The notes below the pieces were generated by a model that worked only from the letters and a program-made list of their open reading frames with translations, ran no database searches and was not told the origin of the DNA. From positions 1-54,082 of the forward strand of contig DATKNM010000224.1 in assembly GCA_035541335.1 (NCBI GenBank): 54,082 bases of DNA, in the 5' to 3' direction. This document shows positions 38,549 to 49,488 of this stretch, piece by piece. Made by a program: the position numbers and the translations under genes. Origin of the DNA: Candidatus Binatia bacterium (GTDB lineage: Bacteria > Pseudomonadota > Alphaproteobacteria > Dongiales > Dongiaceae). Numbering within the stretch: the stretch's first letter is position 1; each line of letters starts with the position of its first letter.

Positions 38549-39493
38549 CTACAGATGGGCGTTGTTGCCGTGATTACTGCCCGCGTTCGTGGGTCCTTGG
38601 TTCCCGCCGGAGCTTGGAGCCGTGGAATCCGGGGTCGAGGTGTCGGAGGGGGTAGCGGTGTGGGTCATGGTATTGGCCGAGAGATTTCGGCTGTTGTTGC
38701 TGCCGCCTGTGTCGCCGCCGAAGCCGGCATCGACCACCCGGTCGTCGGTATTCTCCTGGTCGTTCGCGTTGCTTTGCGAGTTCGGATCGCTGCCGCCGCC
38801 GCTGGTGAAACCCCCGTGGCTGACATGGACGCCATGCCCGGGTTCCACGGTCTTTGATTGGCCGGTCCCATTCGACTTGGCATCGACCAATCCGGAAATC
38901 ACGTTGAGAAGCGTGTCGCCGTTCGGCTGCACCCGAACCGTGACCTCAGTGCCGCGCAGGGTCAGCGTTGCGGTTGGGGTCTGGATCGTGGTTCCGCCCT
39001 TGGGCATGGCGCCGGTGACGAAACGGAAAGCGCCTTCGGAGACGTTAAGGATGGCGTTGCCGGTATTCTGCTCGGGATTGAAGACGAAGTTGTCGAGTGT
39101 GACCTTGGACTTGGCGCCGATCGTCAGCTTCGATCCGTCGATAAAGCGGATCAGGGCCGCGCTGCCAGCCAGCGTTTCCAGGATCTCGTTATGGGCAACC
39201 GTGTTTCCCGGATATTTCGGGACCTGGGAACTTTCCGGCGGCGTCCCGTAGCAGTTGCGTTGCACCGTAACGACCGATCCCACCGGCGCATCTTCCGCCA
39301 GTGCCTGGCGCCCGACGCCATTGAGGATTGCCATCGGAGCACCCGCAAGGATGCCCGCCACCAGGATCGACCGGGTCCGACCCGCGATCAGCATGAATGC
39401 GAGCGCGCCGGCGCTCCCTCCCTGATCACATGCATAGGTACCTCCAAACTTCCTGCGGAGCCCGATTTCCGTCGGATCTTCATCCAGCCGCAT
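38549..39493 (-). CDS. FecR-domain protein with N-terminal hydrophobic segment and low-complexity S/N/G/D tail
   Basis: LETLAGSAALIRFIDGSKLTIGAKSKVTLDNF, LNVSEGAFRFVTG, IQTPTATLTLRGT. Start may be 39394. Confidence 0.85.
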   Translation of the reverse strand: MRLDEDPTEIGLRRKFGGTYACDQGGSAGALAFMLIAGRTRSILVAGILAGAPMAILNGVGRQALAEDAPVGSVVTVQRNCYGTPPESSQVPKYPGNTVAHNEILETLAGSAALIRFIDGSKLTIGAKSKVTLDNFVFNPEQNTGNAILNVSEGAFRFVTGAMPKGGTTIQTPTATLTLRGTEVTVRVQPNGDTLLNVISGLVDAKSNGTGQSKTVEPGHGVHVSHGGFTSGGGSDPNSQSNANDQENTDDRVVDAGFGGDTGGSNNSRNLSANTMTHTATPSDTSTPDSTAPSSGGNQGPTNAGSNHGNNAHL

Positions 39494-39732
39494 GGAAGCC
39501 CATAGTCTTGCTTAAGAAGTCCATCGATGCCTCACCTGAACGGGTGAGGCATCGATGTTTCATTCCGGCCTACTATCGCGCCAAATTGCGATTGCCGATT
39601 GAACGGCGGTCGTCGTCGGCTTCCGGGGAAGCCGATAGGTCACGGGGCAGGCTTCCGGGAGACGTAAGGGGCTATGGGCCGAAAGGCCGGCCGCGCTCCC
39701 TGGCCATGTCTCCTTTGCACGGGGAGCGCGCG

Positions 39733-42700
39733 ATGTTGAATTTCGGGCCCAATCCGACCTTCACCTTGACCTCCGGCATCGACACGCTGGCCAACGGCGT
39801 CAGCGATGGCATCGACGATCTCATCGCCGCACCCGTCTCGGCGGACCTCCAGTCGTTCGATACAGTCGACGGCGGTACGGGAACCGACCAGATCGAGGTC
39901 GTTGCGGCAGGGGTGCTGACTGATTCACAATTCACCGGCGTGAGCAACGTCGAGGCGCTCTGGCTGGCGGCCAGCGGCAACTACACCGTGACGCTCGGTG
40001 AAGCTGCGCAGGCGGCTGGCATCGTCTACGTCAACGCCTTCGACACTTCCGGCAAGGAAACCATAGACACTCATGGGATGACCCAGGGCGTCGAGGTCGA
40101 TACCGGCGCCGGGGTGAACATCCTGACCGGAGGAGTCGGCCAGGACACGTATTACGTTACCAGCGAGCTTCTGACGGGCGCCGACAAGATCGACGGCGGC
40201 GGTTTCGCCGGCAACGGCGGCGTGTTCGCCCACTGGTCGATCCCGGGCAACGACGTGATCTCGATCTACGACAAGGCGACCCTGGTCGATTCCCAGCTCG
40301 CCGGCGTCAAGAACATCGAGGAGATCTCGGTCAGTGAGGGTGGCACGCCGATGGATGTCATCGGCCAGAAGATCACCCTGGGCAAGGCTTCGGAAGCGGC
40401 AGGCATCATCACGGTTTCAAACGACTACGCATACGGGCTGACGGTCGACGCCAGCAACCGGGCCACGAAGGCCTTGAACTTCTGGGGCTCTGACGGCGAT
40501 GACGTCTTCATCGGCACGGCGACAGCAGGTCCCGGGAGCGGCGACGCGTTCGACGGTTGGAGGGGCAATGACTCCTACCGGGTCAAGGCCGAGAACTTCG
40601 ACGACCAGGACTGGTACAACGGCAGGCAGGGATTCGACGAGATCCGGATCCTCGATTCCTATGACGGCAAGAATGCCGCGACCAAGATCATCGATGCCGA
40701 CTTCACCCAGATGATCAGCGTCGAGCGCTTGGCCTTCGACGGCACCGGCAAGCAGGACGTGACGCTCGCAGCCAAGGCCGATGCGACCGGTCTCGAAGTG
40801 ATCGACGCTTCCAAGGTCGCCGGCGGCCTCACCCTAGACGCGACCGGGATGGACAATTCGCTCGAGGTCCTTGCCGGAACCGGAGCCGACAAGATCCTGC
40901 TCGGCGGAGCGGGAGGCGCAGAGAACCAGGTGCTCATCCTATCCACCAAGCTCAATGCCGCCGACCAGATCGACGGTGGCGGCGCGGCCGACCGCGAACT
41001 GCACTTCACCAATGCAGTCAAGTTGACCGACGCGAATTTCTCGGGTCTGAAGGTCACCAATTTCGACGGCCTCGATTTCGACAGCGATGCTGTCGGGCAG
41101 TCGCTGACAGCCGGTGCGAATTTCGCGGCCTTCATCGCCGCATCGGGCATCGACGCTCTGACCGCGACCTCCGACAGCGACAAGTCCTCCTTCACCTTCG
41201 ACTTCAGCAACTACACGGGTGGAACACTCACGGTGCAAGGCGGGGCCGGCAACGACGTCTTCATTGCCGGTGCCGTCGACATGCATTTCATCGGGTCGGA
41301 TCCGGCCGCCGCCGGCGATGCGGACAGCTTCCGCTTCCGGTCGGCGGACTTCGACGGAGGCGACACGCTCGAAGGCGGATCCGGCGTCGACGAAATCGTG
41401 ATCCTCGACACCGGGACCCCGGTGGTGGATACGGATTTCCTCAACGTCACCGGAGTCGAGGTTCTCCGGCTCGCCGCCGCCAAGTCCGGCGGCTACTCGG
41501 TGACGCTGGGAGCGGACGCCGATGCCGCCGGGATCGACAAGGTCGATGCGGCGCAGGCCGGGGTCGACGTGACGGTCAACGCCGCCGCCGCGACCAATGA
41601 CCTCACAATCCTGGCGGGGGTCAAGAGCAACGCGATCACCGGCGGCAGCGGCGACGACGACGTCGTCATCGACGTCAAGAGCTTCAACGCCGGCGACACG
41701 CTCACCGGCGGCGTCGGCGCCGATACGCTGCGATTCACCACCGGCGGGACGATCGCGACGTCGGCTTTCGCAGCCACGACGGGGTTCGAGATCCTGCAGC
41801 TCTCCGACGCAGGCAACAAGGTCGTCGTGCCGGATGCCCTGGTCCAAGCGGCGGACACCGGCGCAGATCTCAATGTCAACGGCGCCTTCTACGACACGTT
41901 CGATTTTCTCGTCCAAGGCGGCAAAGGCAACGATTCGGTCGACCTCTCCAACGTGGCGGCCTCGGCCTATGTCGGCATCGTCGCCAACGGCGGCGTCGAC
42001 AACGTCGTCGGCTCCGCCGGCGACAACCCGTTCTTCTTCACCAAACCGGGCGAGCTCACCGCGGCCGACAAGATCGACGGCGGCGACGGCTATGATTGGG
42101 TGGTCGGCGCGGCAGGAACCTATACCTCGGATCAGTTCAAGGGATTCAAGAACGTCGAGGAGTTCGCCGTCTTCGATGCCGATCCGACCAAAGGCAGCAG
42201 CATCACGATCAAGAACGACTACTTCACCCACGCCACGCCGGACAGTGGCAGCCCCGGTGCCAAGTCTCTGTCGATCTGGATCGACCACTCGATGACCGGC
42301 GACGATACGATCGACGCCTCGGCGGTGACCGGTGCGCTGAACGACGTCTCCGTATTCAGCAGCGGCGGCGACGACACCATCATCGGCGGCGCCGGATCGG
42401 AATGGTTGCTGTTCCGCGATGACGGCAATGGCGCGTTCACCCTCAACGCCGGCGACAGCGTGTCGGGCGGATCCAACTTTGACAACATCGCGCTCCGCAA
42501 TCTCGACAGCCCAAAGGGAGCGACGCTTGCGGACGCCGATCTGGCCGGTGTCGTCAGCGTGGAACAGATCATCGTCACACCGGAGAGCATCGCGGCCGAC
42601 ATCGACATTACGCTGGGCGCGAATGCCGCTGCTGCCGGCATCCTGCAGGTTCGCGGCTATGAATTCGACGTCAACGGCAATCCGGACTACTTCACCGGGA

Positions 42701-45700
42701 ATCTCACCGTCGATGCGTCTAGCTACGCGGATGGTCAGAAGGTCGACAGCGGCGTGATGTTTCTCGCCGGCGGCGGCGACGATACCTTCTTGGGCAGCTC
42801 GGAGGATGATACGGTTCGCTTCCTCGACAACGACAAGCTGACCGACGACGACACGATCGACGGCGCTTCGGGCAAGAACCGCATCCAGTTCTACGGCAGT
42901 CAGGCGGTGACGGACGCGCAACTCGCCGAAGTGTCGAACGTCCAGGTCCTCCAGCTCCGCCGCGACGCCGACCACATCACGCTCGGCGCCAATGCCGATG
43001 CGGCCGGGATCAGCCGCGTCGATGCCAGCGGGATGGACTCGGCGACGGTTGCCGGAGCCGTCATCGATCTCTCGGCGATGACCCACGGTGTCGAGATCAT
43101 CGGCTCGACCCGTCAGGATACGATCACGGGCGGCAGCGGCAACGACGTGATCGTCGGCGGCGCCGGTGCCGACGACCTCACGGGCGGCGGCGGCGACGAC
43201 ACCTTCGTCTTCGCCAATCTCGGCGATTCGCTGCAGAATGCCGCCGGAAGCCCGGCGCCCAACCACATGGACTTTATCGAGGATTTCGACGCCGGCGACA
43301 AGATCGACATCTCCGCCTTCGGCTTGACTTCTTCGATCGACGTGCATGCCAGCGGCGCGTTCGTCACCGCGGACACGCCGGGCTTCTTCGGCGCCTTCAA
43401 TGTGGTCGTCCAATACGACAACGTGGCCGACGCGACCCGCCTCTATGTCGACGTCAACAACGACGGGAACCTGTCGCTCGGCAAGGATCTCGTGGTCGAG
43501 CTCGACGGCGATCAGACCGGCAACCTCAACGACGACACCACGGATGTCATCTTCAGCAACGGCTCGGGCCTGCGGCCGAACTCGACGTTCCCGCACTTCA
43601 GCGAGAGCAGCACGATCGTCTTCTCCACCGCGAAGAGCTATACGGACGCGGACTTCAGCGGAGCCGGGAAGGACACCCTCGTCCTCTCGGCGACCAAGGG
43701 GAACTATTCGGTCACCCTCGGCGCCAATGCCGAGGCGTCGGGCATCACCGCGGTCGATGCCTCGGCGGCGACCGGCGCGGTATCGGTCGATGCCAGCGGC
43801 GTCTACACCGGCATGTTGATGATCGCGGGCAAGGGCGCCAATACGCTGACCGGGACCGTGGACGACGACGTCTTCGTCTTCACCAGCGCCGGCCTCACCG
43901 CCGCCGACAAGGTGAACGGGCATGACCCGAACTTGCTCGATATCGTGGGCAACGACACGATCCACGATACCGACACGATCCTCATCACCGACAAGGCGGC
44001 GTTGACCGACGCGGCTTTCACCGGGGTCCGGAACATCGACATCCTGGAGCTGGGGACGCTCGGTACGCAGGGCGACGTCACGGGCCAGAAGGTAACCCTC
44101 GGCGCTCAGTCCGAGGCGGCCGGGATCTCCTCCGTCTCCAACGACTACGACGTCGGCCTGACGGTGGACGCCAGCGGCCGCACGAAGGGCCTGGAATTCG
44201 ACGGGTGGACGGCCGATGAGGTCTTCATCGCCTCGAAGGGCGACGACGGGTTCGACGGCGAGGGCGGCAACGATTCGTTCCGGGTGAAGCTCGCCAACCT
44301 CGACGGCAACGACTGGTTCGACGGTGGGCTCGGCACGGATGAGGTCAGGATTCTGGACTCGTTCGATGCTAAGAACTCTGTGGCGACTTCACTCGTTGAC
44401 CACGATTTCGAGGGTTTCGCCAGCGTCGAGCGGCTGGTCTTCGACGGCACCGGCGAGCAGTTTGTCACGCTCGGCGACGGGAACGACTATGCCGACGGCT
44501 CCGGCCTCGAAATGATCGACGCCTCGAAGGTCGCCGGCGGCTTGACCCTCGATGCGACGGGGATGAGCAACGCGCTGGAGGTGATCGCCGGCACCGGAGC
44601 CGACAACATCCAGCTCGGCGGATTGGGAGGCCTCGAGAACCAGGTTCTGATCCTCTCGTCCAAGCTCAACGCGGCCGATCAACTTGACGGCGGCGACGCG
44701 ACCTTCAGGGATCTCCGACTGACCGACGCGGTCAAGCTGACGGATGCCTACTTCGCCGGCCTGACCAAGGTCACCAGCTTCACGAACCTGATGTTCGACA
44801 ACGCTGCCGCGGGACAGTCGCTCACCGCCGGCGCCAATTTTGCCGCTTTCGTCGCCGACGCCGGGATCGGCTTCGTCACGGAGACATCGAGCAATACGAA
44901 GGAATCCTTCACCTTCGATTTCTCGAACTACAGCGGCAAGTCCTTGTCGGTCGAGGGTGGTGCCGGCGACGATATCTTCGTCGCCGGACAGACCGACATG
45001 CAGTTCCTGGCGGCCGGGCCCGGAACCGACCGGGGCGACGCCGACAGCTTCCGCTTCAAGTCGCAGTACTTCGACGGCAACGACACGATCGACGGCGGCT
45101 CCGGCGGGGCGGACGAGGTGGTGCTTCTGGACGATGGCGGCCCGATCGCCGACGCATCGTTCAACGGGATCGTCAACGTCGAGATTCTGCGGCTGGCGGC
45201 GGCGAAGTCCGGATCCTATTCCCTCACGCTCGGCGGCGACTGGGACGCGTCGGGGCTGCAGACGGTGAATGCAGCCTTGGCCGGAGTCGACGTGACGATC
45301 GATGCTTGCGGAACGTCGAACGGCCTCCTGATCATGGCCGGCTCCAAGATCAACACGATCACCGGCGGTGACGGCGACGACGTCGTCGAGATCGATGCCA
45401 AGAGTTTCGACAAGAACGACACGATCGACGGCGGCAACGGATCGGACACGCTGCAGTTCACGACCGGCGGCGCCATCGCGGCCGCCGCCTTTGCGAACGC
45501 CGCGAATATCGACCACATTCAACTATCCGATTCCGGCAACAAGATTGTCGTTCCGGATTCGATCGCCAGTAACGCCGACACCGGCGCCGATGTCAGCGTG
45601 AATGGTGCCGTCTATGATCACTTCGCCTTCGTGGTCAGCGGCGGCAAGGGCAGCGACTTGATCGACATCTCCGGGGTCGATGCCTCGACCTACATCGCGG

Positions 45701-47208
45701 TCGAGGGCGGCGGCGGCAAGGGCGCCGACACGATCGTCGGCTCTGCCGGCGACAACTATTTCTTCTTCGCCCAGCCCGGCGAACTCACCGCGGCCGACAA
45801 GATCAACGGCGGCGATGGCTATGACGACGTCGTGGTGGCTGGCGGGACCTATACCTCCGATCAGTTCAAGGGCTTCAAGAACGTCGAGGAACTTGATGTC
45901 TATGATTCCGATCCGACCAAGTCGATACACCTCACTATCAAGGACGATTTCCTGACCAGTAGCGGGACGGAGGGCTACGACGGCAGTAAGACGTTCAGCG
46001 TCTGGGTCGAGCGTTCGCTGCACGGCAACGACGTGATCGATGCATCCCAGGTGACCAGCACCACCAACAACATCTCGACCTTCACCGGCGGCGGCGAGGA
46101 CAAGATCATCGGCGGCGCCGGCAACGACTGGATCGCTTTCGACGACGACGGCAGCGGCGGGTCCCATCTTGACAAGAACGACCAAGTCAACGGCGGGCTC
46201 GGTTGGGACGCCATCGCGTTCGAGAACCGAGCCAGCCCGGGCGGCGCGTCGCTCGACGACAGCGCCTTCGCGAACGTGACCAACGTGGAGGCTATCGACG
46301 CCCGTGATGACTACCATGGGAACAAGTACGATATCTCGATCACGCTCGGCCACCTGTCCGATCTCGCCGGCATCGGTCAGGTGTACGCTCCGCACATGCT
46401 GGGCAACCTGACGGTCGATGGGACCGCACGGTCGGACGCGCTGGAGGTGGTCATCGGCCACGGCAACGACACCGTGACGTTCGGCGCGGCCGACGATAAC
46501 CTCCAGGTCCGTGAGAGCGGCCTGCTCAATTCCTCCGACACAATCGATGGCGGGGGCGGCATCAACACTCTGCAGTTCCAGACCGATACCACCCTGACCG
46601 ATACCGACCTCGCGGATGTCACGCATATGCAGTGGGTGCGGCTCGACGGTGGGACCTATGATGTCACGCTGGGTGCCAACGCCGACGCGGCGGAGATCGA
46701 GAAGATCGATGCTTCGAGATCGGTTGAGGCGCATATCGATGCGTCCCTGATGCAGAACGACCTCACTATCCTCGGCGGCAAGGGCGACGACGACATCAAG
46801 GGTGGCACCGGCAACGACGTGATCGTGGGCGGAGCCGGCGCGGACGCGCTCGACGGCGGCACCGGAGCGGATGCTTACACCTTCCTCACCGACGGCGACT
46901 CGGTCCTCAACCACATGGACGTCATCTCCGGCTTCGATTTCACGGGTGAGGGCGACACGCTGGACTTCAGCGCCCTCGGCGCCGCACCCGGCGTGGTCAA
47001 CGGCGCGACCGTGGGCTCGTTCGGGGCCGGGCCGGGGACCGCCTTCGGCTCCAGCGGCGCAGTCGTGGAAACGGACGGCACCGACACGAGAGTCTATGTC
47101 GACGTGAATCACAACGGCAGCTTCGACGCCGCGACCGACACCGTGGTGCAGATCTCGGGCAATCATCTGAACGAGATCGTCAATAATCCGGCGGCGGTAG
47201 TCCTTTAG
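39733..47208 (+). CDS. Giant RTX/beta-helix surface (S-layer-like) protein, internally duplicated
   Basis: N-terminal FTLTSGIDTL; recurring LT/LNxxDxIDGGxGxD units; GGxGxD repeats; C-terminal DVISGF..VYVDVNHNG..DTVVQISG; GGGGAG RBS. Confidence 0.88.
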   Translation: MLNFGPNPTFTLTSGIDTLANGVSDGIDDLIAAPVSADLQSFDTVDGGTGTDQIEVVAAGVLTDSQFTGVSNVEALWLAASGNYTVTLGEAAQAAGIVYVNAFDTSGKETIDTHGMTQGVEVDTGAGVNILTGGVGQDTYYVTSELLTGADKIDGGGFAGNGGVFAHWSIPGNDVISIYDKATLVDSQLAGVKNIEEISVSEGGTPMDVIGQKITLGKASEAAGIITVSNDYAYGLTVDASNRATKALNFWGSDGDDVFIGTATAGPGSGDAFDGWRGNDSYRVKAENFDDQDWYNGRQGFDEIRILDSYDGKNAATKIIDADFTQMISVERLAFDGTGKQDVTLAAKADATGLEVIDASKVAGGLTLDATGMDNSLEVLAGTGADKILLGGAGGAENQVLILSTKLNAADQIDGGGAADRELHFTNAVKLTDANFSGLKVTNFDGLDFDSDAVGQSLTAGANFAAFIAASGIDALTATSDSDKSSFTFDFSNYTGGTLTVQGGAGNDVFIAGAVDMHFIGSDPAAAGDADSFRFRSADFDGGDTLEGGSGVDEIVILDTGTPVVDTDFLNVTGVEVLRLAAAKSGGYSVTLGADADAAGIDKVDAAQAGVDVTVNAAAATNDLTILAGVKSNAITGGSGDDDVVIDVKSFNAGDTLTGGVGADTLRFTTGGTIATSAFAATTGFEILQLSDAGNKVVVPDALVQAADTGADLNVNGAFYDTFDFLVQGGKGNDSVDLSNVAASAYVGIVANGGVDNVVGSAGDNPFFFTKPGELTAADKIDGGDGYDWVVGAAGTYTSDQFKGFKNVEEFAVFDADPTKGSSITIKNDYFTHATPDSGSPGAKSLSIWIDHSMTGDDTIDASAVTGALNDVSVFSSGGDDTIIGGAGSEWLLFRDDGNGAFTLNAGDSVSGGSNFDNIALRNLDSPKGATLADADLAGVVSVEQIIVTPESIAADIDITLGANAAAAGILQVRGYEFDVNGNPDYFTGNLTVDASSYADGQKVDSGVMFLAGGGDDTFLGSSEDDTVRFLDNDKLTDDDTIDGASGKNRIQFYGSQAVTDAQLAEVSNVQVLQLRRDADHITLGANADAAGISRVDASGMDSATVAGAVIDLSAMTHGVEIIGSTRQDTITGGSGNDVIVGGAGADDLTGGGGDDTFVFANLGDSLQNAAGSPAPNHMDFIEDFDAGDKIDISAFGLTSSIDVHASGAFVTADTPGFFGAFNVVVQYDNVADATRLYVDVNNDGNLSLGKDLVVELDGDQTGNLNDDTTDVIFSNGSGLRPNSTFPHFSESSTIVFSTAKSYTDADFSGAGKDTLVLSATKGNYSVTLGANAEASGITAVDASAATGAVSVDASGVYTGMLMIAGKGANTLTGTVDDDVFVFTSAGLTAADKVNGHDPNLLDIVGNDTIHDTDTILITDKAALTDAAFTGVRNIDILELGTLGTQGDVTGQKVTLGAQSEAAGISSVSNDYDVGLTVDASGRTKGLEFDGWTADEVFIASKGDDGFDGEGGNDSFRVKLANLDGNDWFDGGLGTDEVRILDSFDAKNSVATSLVDHDFEGFASVERLVFDGTGEQFVTLGDGNDYADGSGLEMIDASKVAGGLTLDATGMSNALEVIAGTGADNIQLGGLGGLENQVLILSSKLNAADQLDGGDATFRDLRLTDAVKLTDAYFAGLTKVTSFTNLMFDNAAAGQSLTAGANFAAFVADAGIGFVTETSSNTKESFTFDFSNYSGKSLSVEGGAGDDIFVAGQTDMQFLAAGPGTDRGDADSFRFKSQYFDGNDTIDGGSGGADEVVLLDDGGPIADASFNGIVNVEILRLAAAKSGSYSLTLGGDWDASGLQTVNAALAGVDVTIDACGTSNGLLIMAGSKINTITGGDGDDVVEIDAKSFDKNDTIDGGNGSDTLQFTTGGAIAAAAFANAANIDHIQLSDSGNKIVVPDSIASNADTGADVSVNGAVYDHFAFVVSGGKGSDLIDISGVDASTYIAVEGGGGKGADTIVGSAGDNYFFFAQPGELTAADKINGGDGYDDVVVAGGTYTSDQFKGFKNVEELDVYDSDPTKSIHLTIKDDFLTSSGTEGYDGSKTFSVWVERSLHGNDVIDASQVTSTTNNISTFTGGGEDKIIGGAGNDWIAFDDDGSGGSHLDKNDQVNGGLGWDAIAFENRASPGGASLDDSAFANVTNVEAIDARDDYHGNKYDISITLGHLSDLAGIGQVYAPHMLGNLTVDGTARSDALEVVIGHGNDTVTFGAADDNLQVRESGLLNSSDTIDGGGGINTLQFQTDTTLTDTDLADVTHMQWVRLDGGTYDVTLGANADAAEIEKIDASRSVEAHIDASLMQNDLTILGGKGDDDIKGGTGNDVIVGGAGADALDGGTGADAYTFLTDGDSVLNHMDVISGFDFTGEGDTLDFSALGAAPGVVNGATVGSFGAGPGTAFGSSGAVVETDGTDTRVYVDVNHNGSFDAATDTVVQISGNHLNEIVNNPAAVVL

Positions 47209-47467
47209 GGACGGCTGCCAGTCAGCCTGCGCGATTTGGGCATCGGCTTCATCAAGCGCGAGGCAGTCTCCGTGCGGGTGGATATCGGGCCGGCGCTGGG
47301 CCGCGGACGCCGGGCGGGGTCGGACCGGAAGCGGCCGGCAGGTATGGTCGAGATATGACGTTCGTCGTCGCACGCGCCGCAATACATTGATATGTCGGCA
47401 TGAAGTCCGGTTCCTCGGAACCATCCCTCGTCCTCTTTTCACGCTCAATCGTTGTGATAGAATATCC

Positions 47468-47505
47468 GTGGCTCGTTCGGGGAACAGTGGCTCGTTCGGG
47501 GAACA
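47468..47505 (+). repeat. Perfect 19-bp tandem repeat GTGGCTCGTTCGGGGAACA x2
   Basis: Seen directly, immediately before the RBS of the LuxR-type gene. Confidence 0.9.
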
Positions 47506-47523
47506 GAGGAGCCGTGACCTGAG

Positions 47524-48714
47524 ATGGGAATGATGCAGGGCGATCGACCAGAGGTCGATCGACAGCTCTTCGCGCTGACCGACAAGATCTACGCGGCAAG
47601 CATGAACCCCGAGGTGTGGGCCTCGGTCATGGACGAGATCGTCGATCTCACCGGAGGTTTATGTGGAGCCTGCGCAGTCCTGAAGCCGAAGACGCCGGAG
47701 CAGGCGGCGTTCTGGGCTGCGAGCAGGGGGACTCCTCGGGGAGTGATCGAAATGTATGCTCGCTACCACCGTCGGAAGGACGTCATCCGCATGGCGATTG
47801 GAGCGCGTCCGGACGAAATCAGGCGGAGAGAGCGGATTCGCGACGTCACGCCTATGAAAGAGCTGCTTCGCAGCGAGATCTACAGTGACCATATGCTGCC
47901 GGTCGGCGCGCGCGATCTTCATCTTATCGGGATCGGCGGAAACCGCGGGATCGTTCCGGTCACCGTCATCAACGTGGTCAAGCCGAAATGGAATGAGGAT
48001 ACGGACGGCATCGAGGACTACGTCCTCACGTCTCTTGCGCCGCATCTGCGGCGGGCATTTTCGATTCATTGGCAGCTGGCGGAGCAGAGATCGGTGATCG
48101 GCTCCGGATTGGCCGGATTCGACAGCATCGGCATCGGCGTCATTTCGATCGGCGGCGCGCTTCAAACAGTCGTGATGAACAAGGCGGCCGAGCGGATCAT
48201 GAAATCCGGAGACGGTCTGATCTGGCGTTCGGGGCGTCTTCACGCGGAGTCCCTGGAGGACGATGCCGGACTTGCGAGGCTGGTCGGGGTGCTCTCCGGT
48301 CTCGCGCCTGCCGACGCCGAAGAGCCGAGCATCTGCGTGCGACGAAAATCAGGAGCGCGCCCTTATGTCGTGACCGCACTGCCGCCTGTCGCAAGCGAGG
48401 GCGGCCGTGGCGGTCTCGTCTTCATCAAGGATCCGGAAGAGTCGGCGGTTCCTGACGCGGACGTCCTGATGCGCACGTATGGGATGACGAAGATGGAGGC
48501 GGCGCTCTGTGGAGCGCTTGTTTCCGGTAAGACGAAGAAGGATTTTGGAGTGGAACGGGGGCTGTCGGAGAATACGGTGAAGACGCATCTTGCGGCCGTC
48601 TTCCTGAAGACGAATACGGATCGGCAGGCTGAGTTGGTGCGCCTGGTCCTTTCCTCGCTGGTTGTCGGGAAGGCTTCGCATCAAGGCTGGTCGGCTGAAT
48701 TGCGCAGTGCCTGA
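47524..48714 (+). CDS. LuxR-family HTH regulator with N-terminal sensor and PAS-like segment
   Basis: DKIYAAS..W, LAPHLRRA, MNKAAERI, YGMTKMEAALC..LSENTVKTHLAAVFLKTNTDRQAELV. Confidence 0.88.
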   Translation: MGMMQGDRPEVDRQLFALTDKIYAASMNPEVWASVMDEIVDLTGGLCGACAVLKPKTPEQAAFWAASRGTPRGVIEMYARYHRRKDVIRMAIGARPDEIRRRERIRDVTPMKELLRSEIYSDHMLPVGARDLHLIGIGGNRGIVPVTVINVVKPKWNEDTDGIEDYVLTSLAPHLRRAFSIHWQLAEQRSVIGSGLAGFDSIGIGVISIGGALQTVVMNKAAERIMKSGDGLIWRSGRLHAESLEDDAGLARLVGVLSGLAPADAEEPSICVRRKSGARPYVVTALPPVASEGGRGGLVFIKDPEESAVPDADVLMRTYGMTKMEAALCGALVSGKTKKDFGVERGLSENTVKTHLAAVFLKTNTDRQAELVRLVLSSLVVGKASHQGWSAELRSA

Positions 48715-49488
48715 TTCCGGTGGCTCGCGGCGGGTGCGTTTCCGCCCAATTCGTATTTTCTGATCGACGACGACAGGAAGGGCAATTTCACCGAGTGGAC
48801 ATTGAATTCTTCCACTCCCATTCCCGATCGCACAACTCGTCGTCCCGAAAGCCCCGGCGATCCACCGAGATGCAGCTGAGTAGGCAAGCACCGCAGGTTC
48901 GGAGTCGGCACTGACAGAACATCATAGGCAACGCTCGGAGGGCTCTGCCTGTATGCGGAGCGGGATCGCGACGCTACGACGCGCGATCCGGCTGACGGTA
49001 TGAGCGCAAACTCGCATGTCATCAACATAAAATTGGCGCGGCCACGATCTCGTGTGCGTTCTCCCCAACGTCCGGTGATGGCGCATAGCAGACCTAACGG
49101 TCGGTCTACGCTTGATGCCGTATCATTCTCAGCAGGAGCGGCTCTTGGTGAAATCATCGCGCTCGGATCGGCGCACGTGGACCGTCGCCGTCCACTTCAT
49201 TGCGTCAGCAATTAAAAGCTCCGCGCTCAGCCATGCTGGGGGGCTTGCCGATGCTTATGAAGATTGCGGCGTCTCTTTGCGCCAGCTCGATGAGGCCGAG
49301 ATCGCGAGGTAGAGTTTCACTCCCCGGCCCGGCGGTCGAGCAAGCCCGTTAAGAGTTGTCGCGCGGTTGATTCTCGGCAATAAGGAGCGAGCCAAGGCGC
49401 GGATGTGGATGTTGCCTGGCGACGCCCTGTCCACCAGCGCGCCCTTGTCTGCGGCAAGCACCATAGCGCGAGTCGAAGGTTTCGAGTG

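Noticed and set aside
39397-39732. N-terminal extension of the ORF-track 2603-aa call (likewise 10008-10085 and 29377-29472)
   Set aside because: Non-coding-like Arg-rich sequence; downstream ATGs are more plausible starts, with clear RBS at 39733 and 10086.
48715-49400. Short ORFs in the LuxR-MDR spacer
   Set aside because: No recognisable domains, RBS or codon bias; probably decayed DNA.
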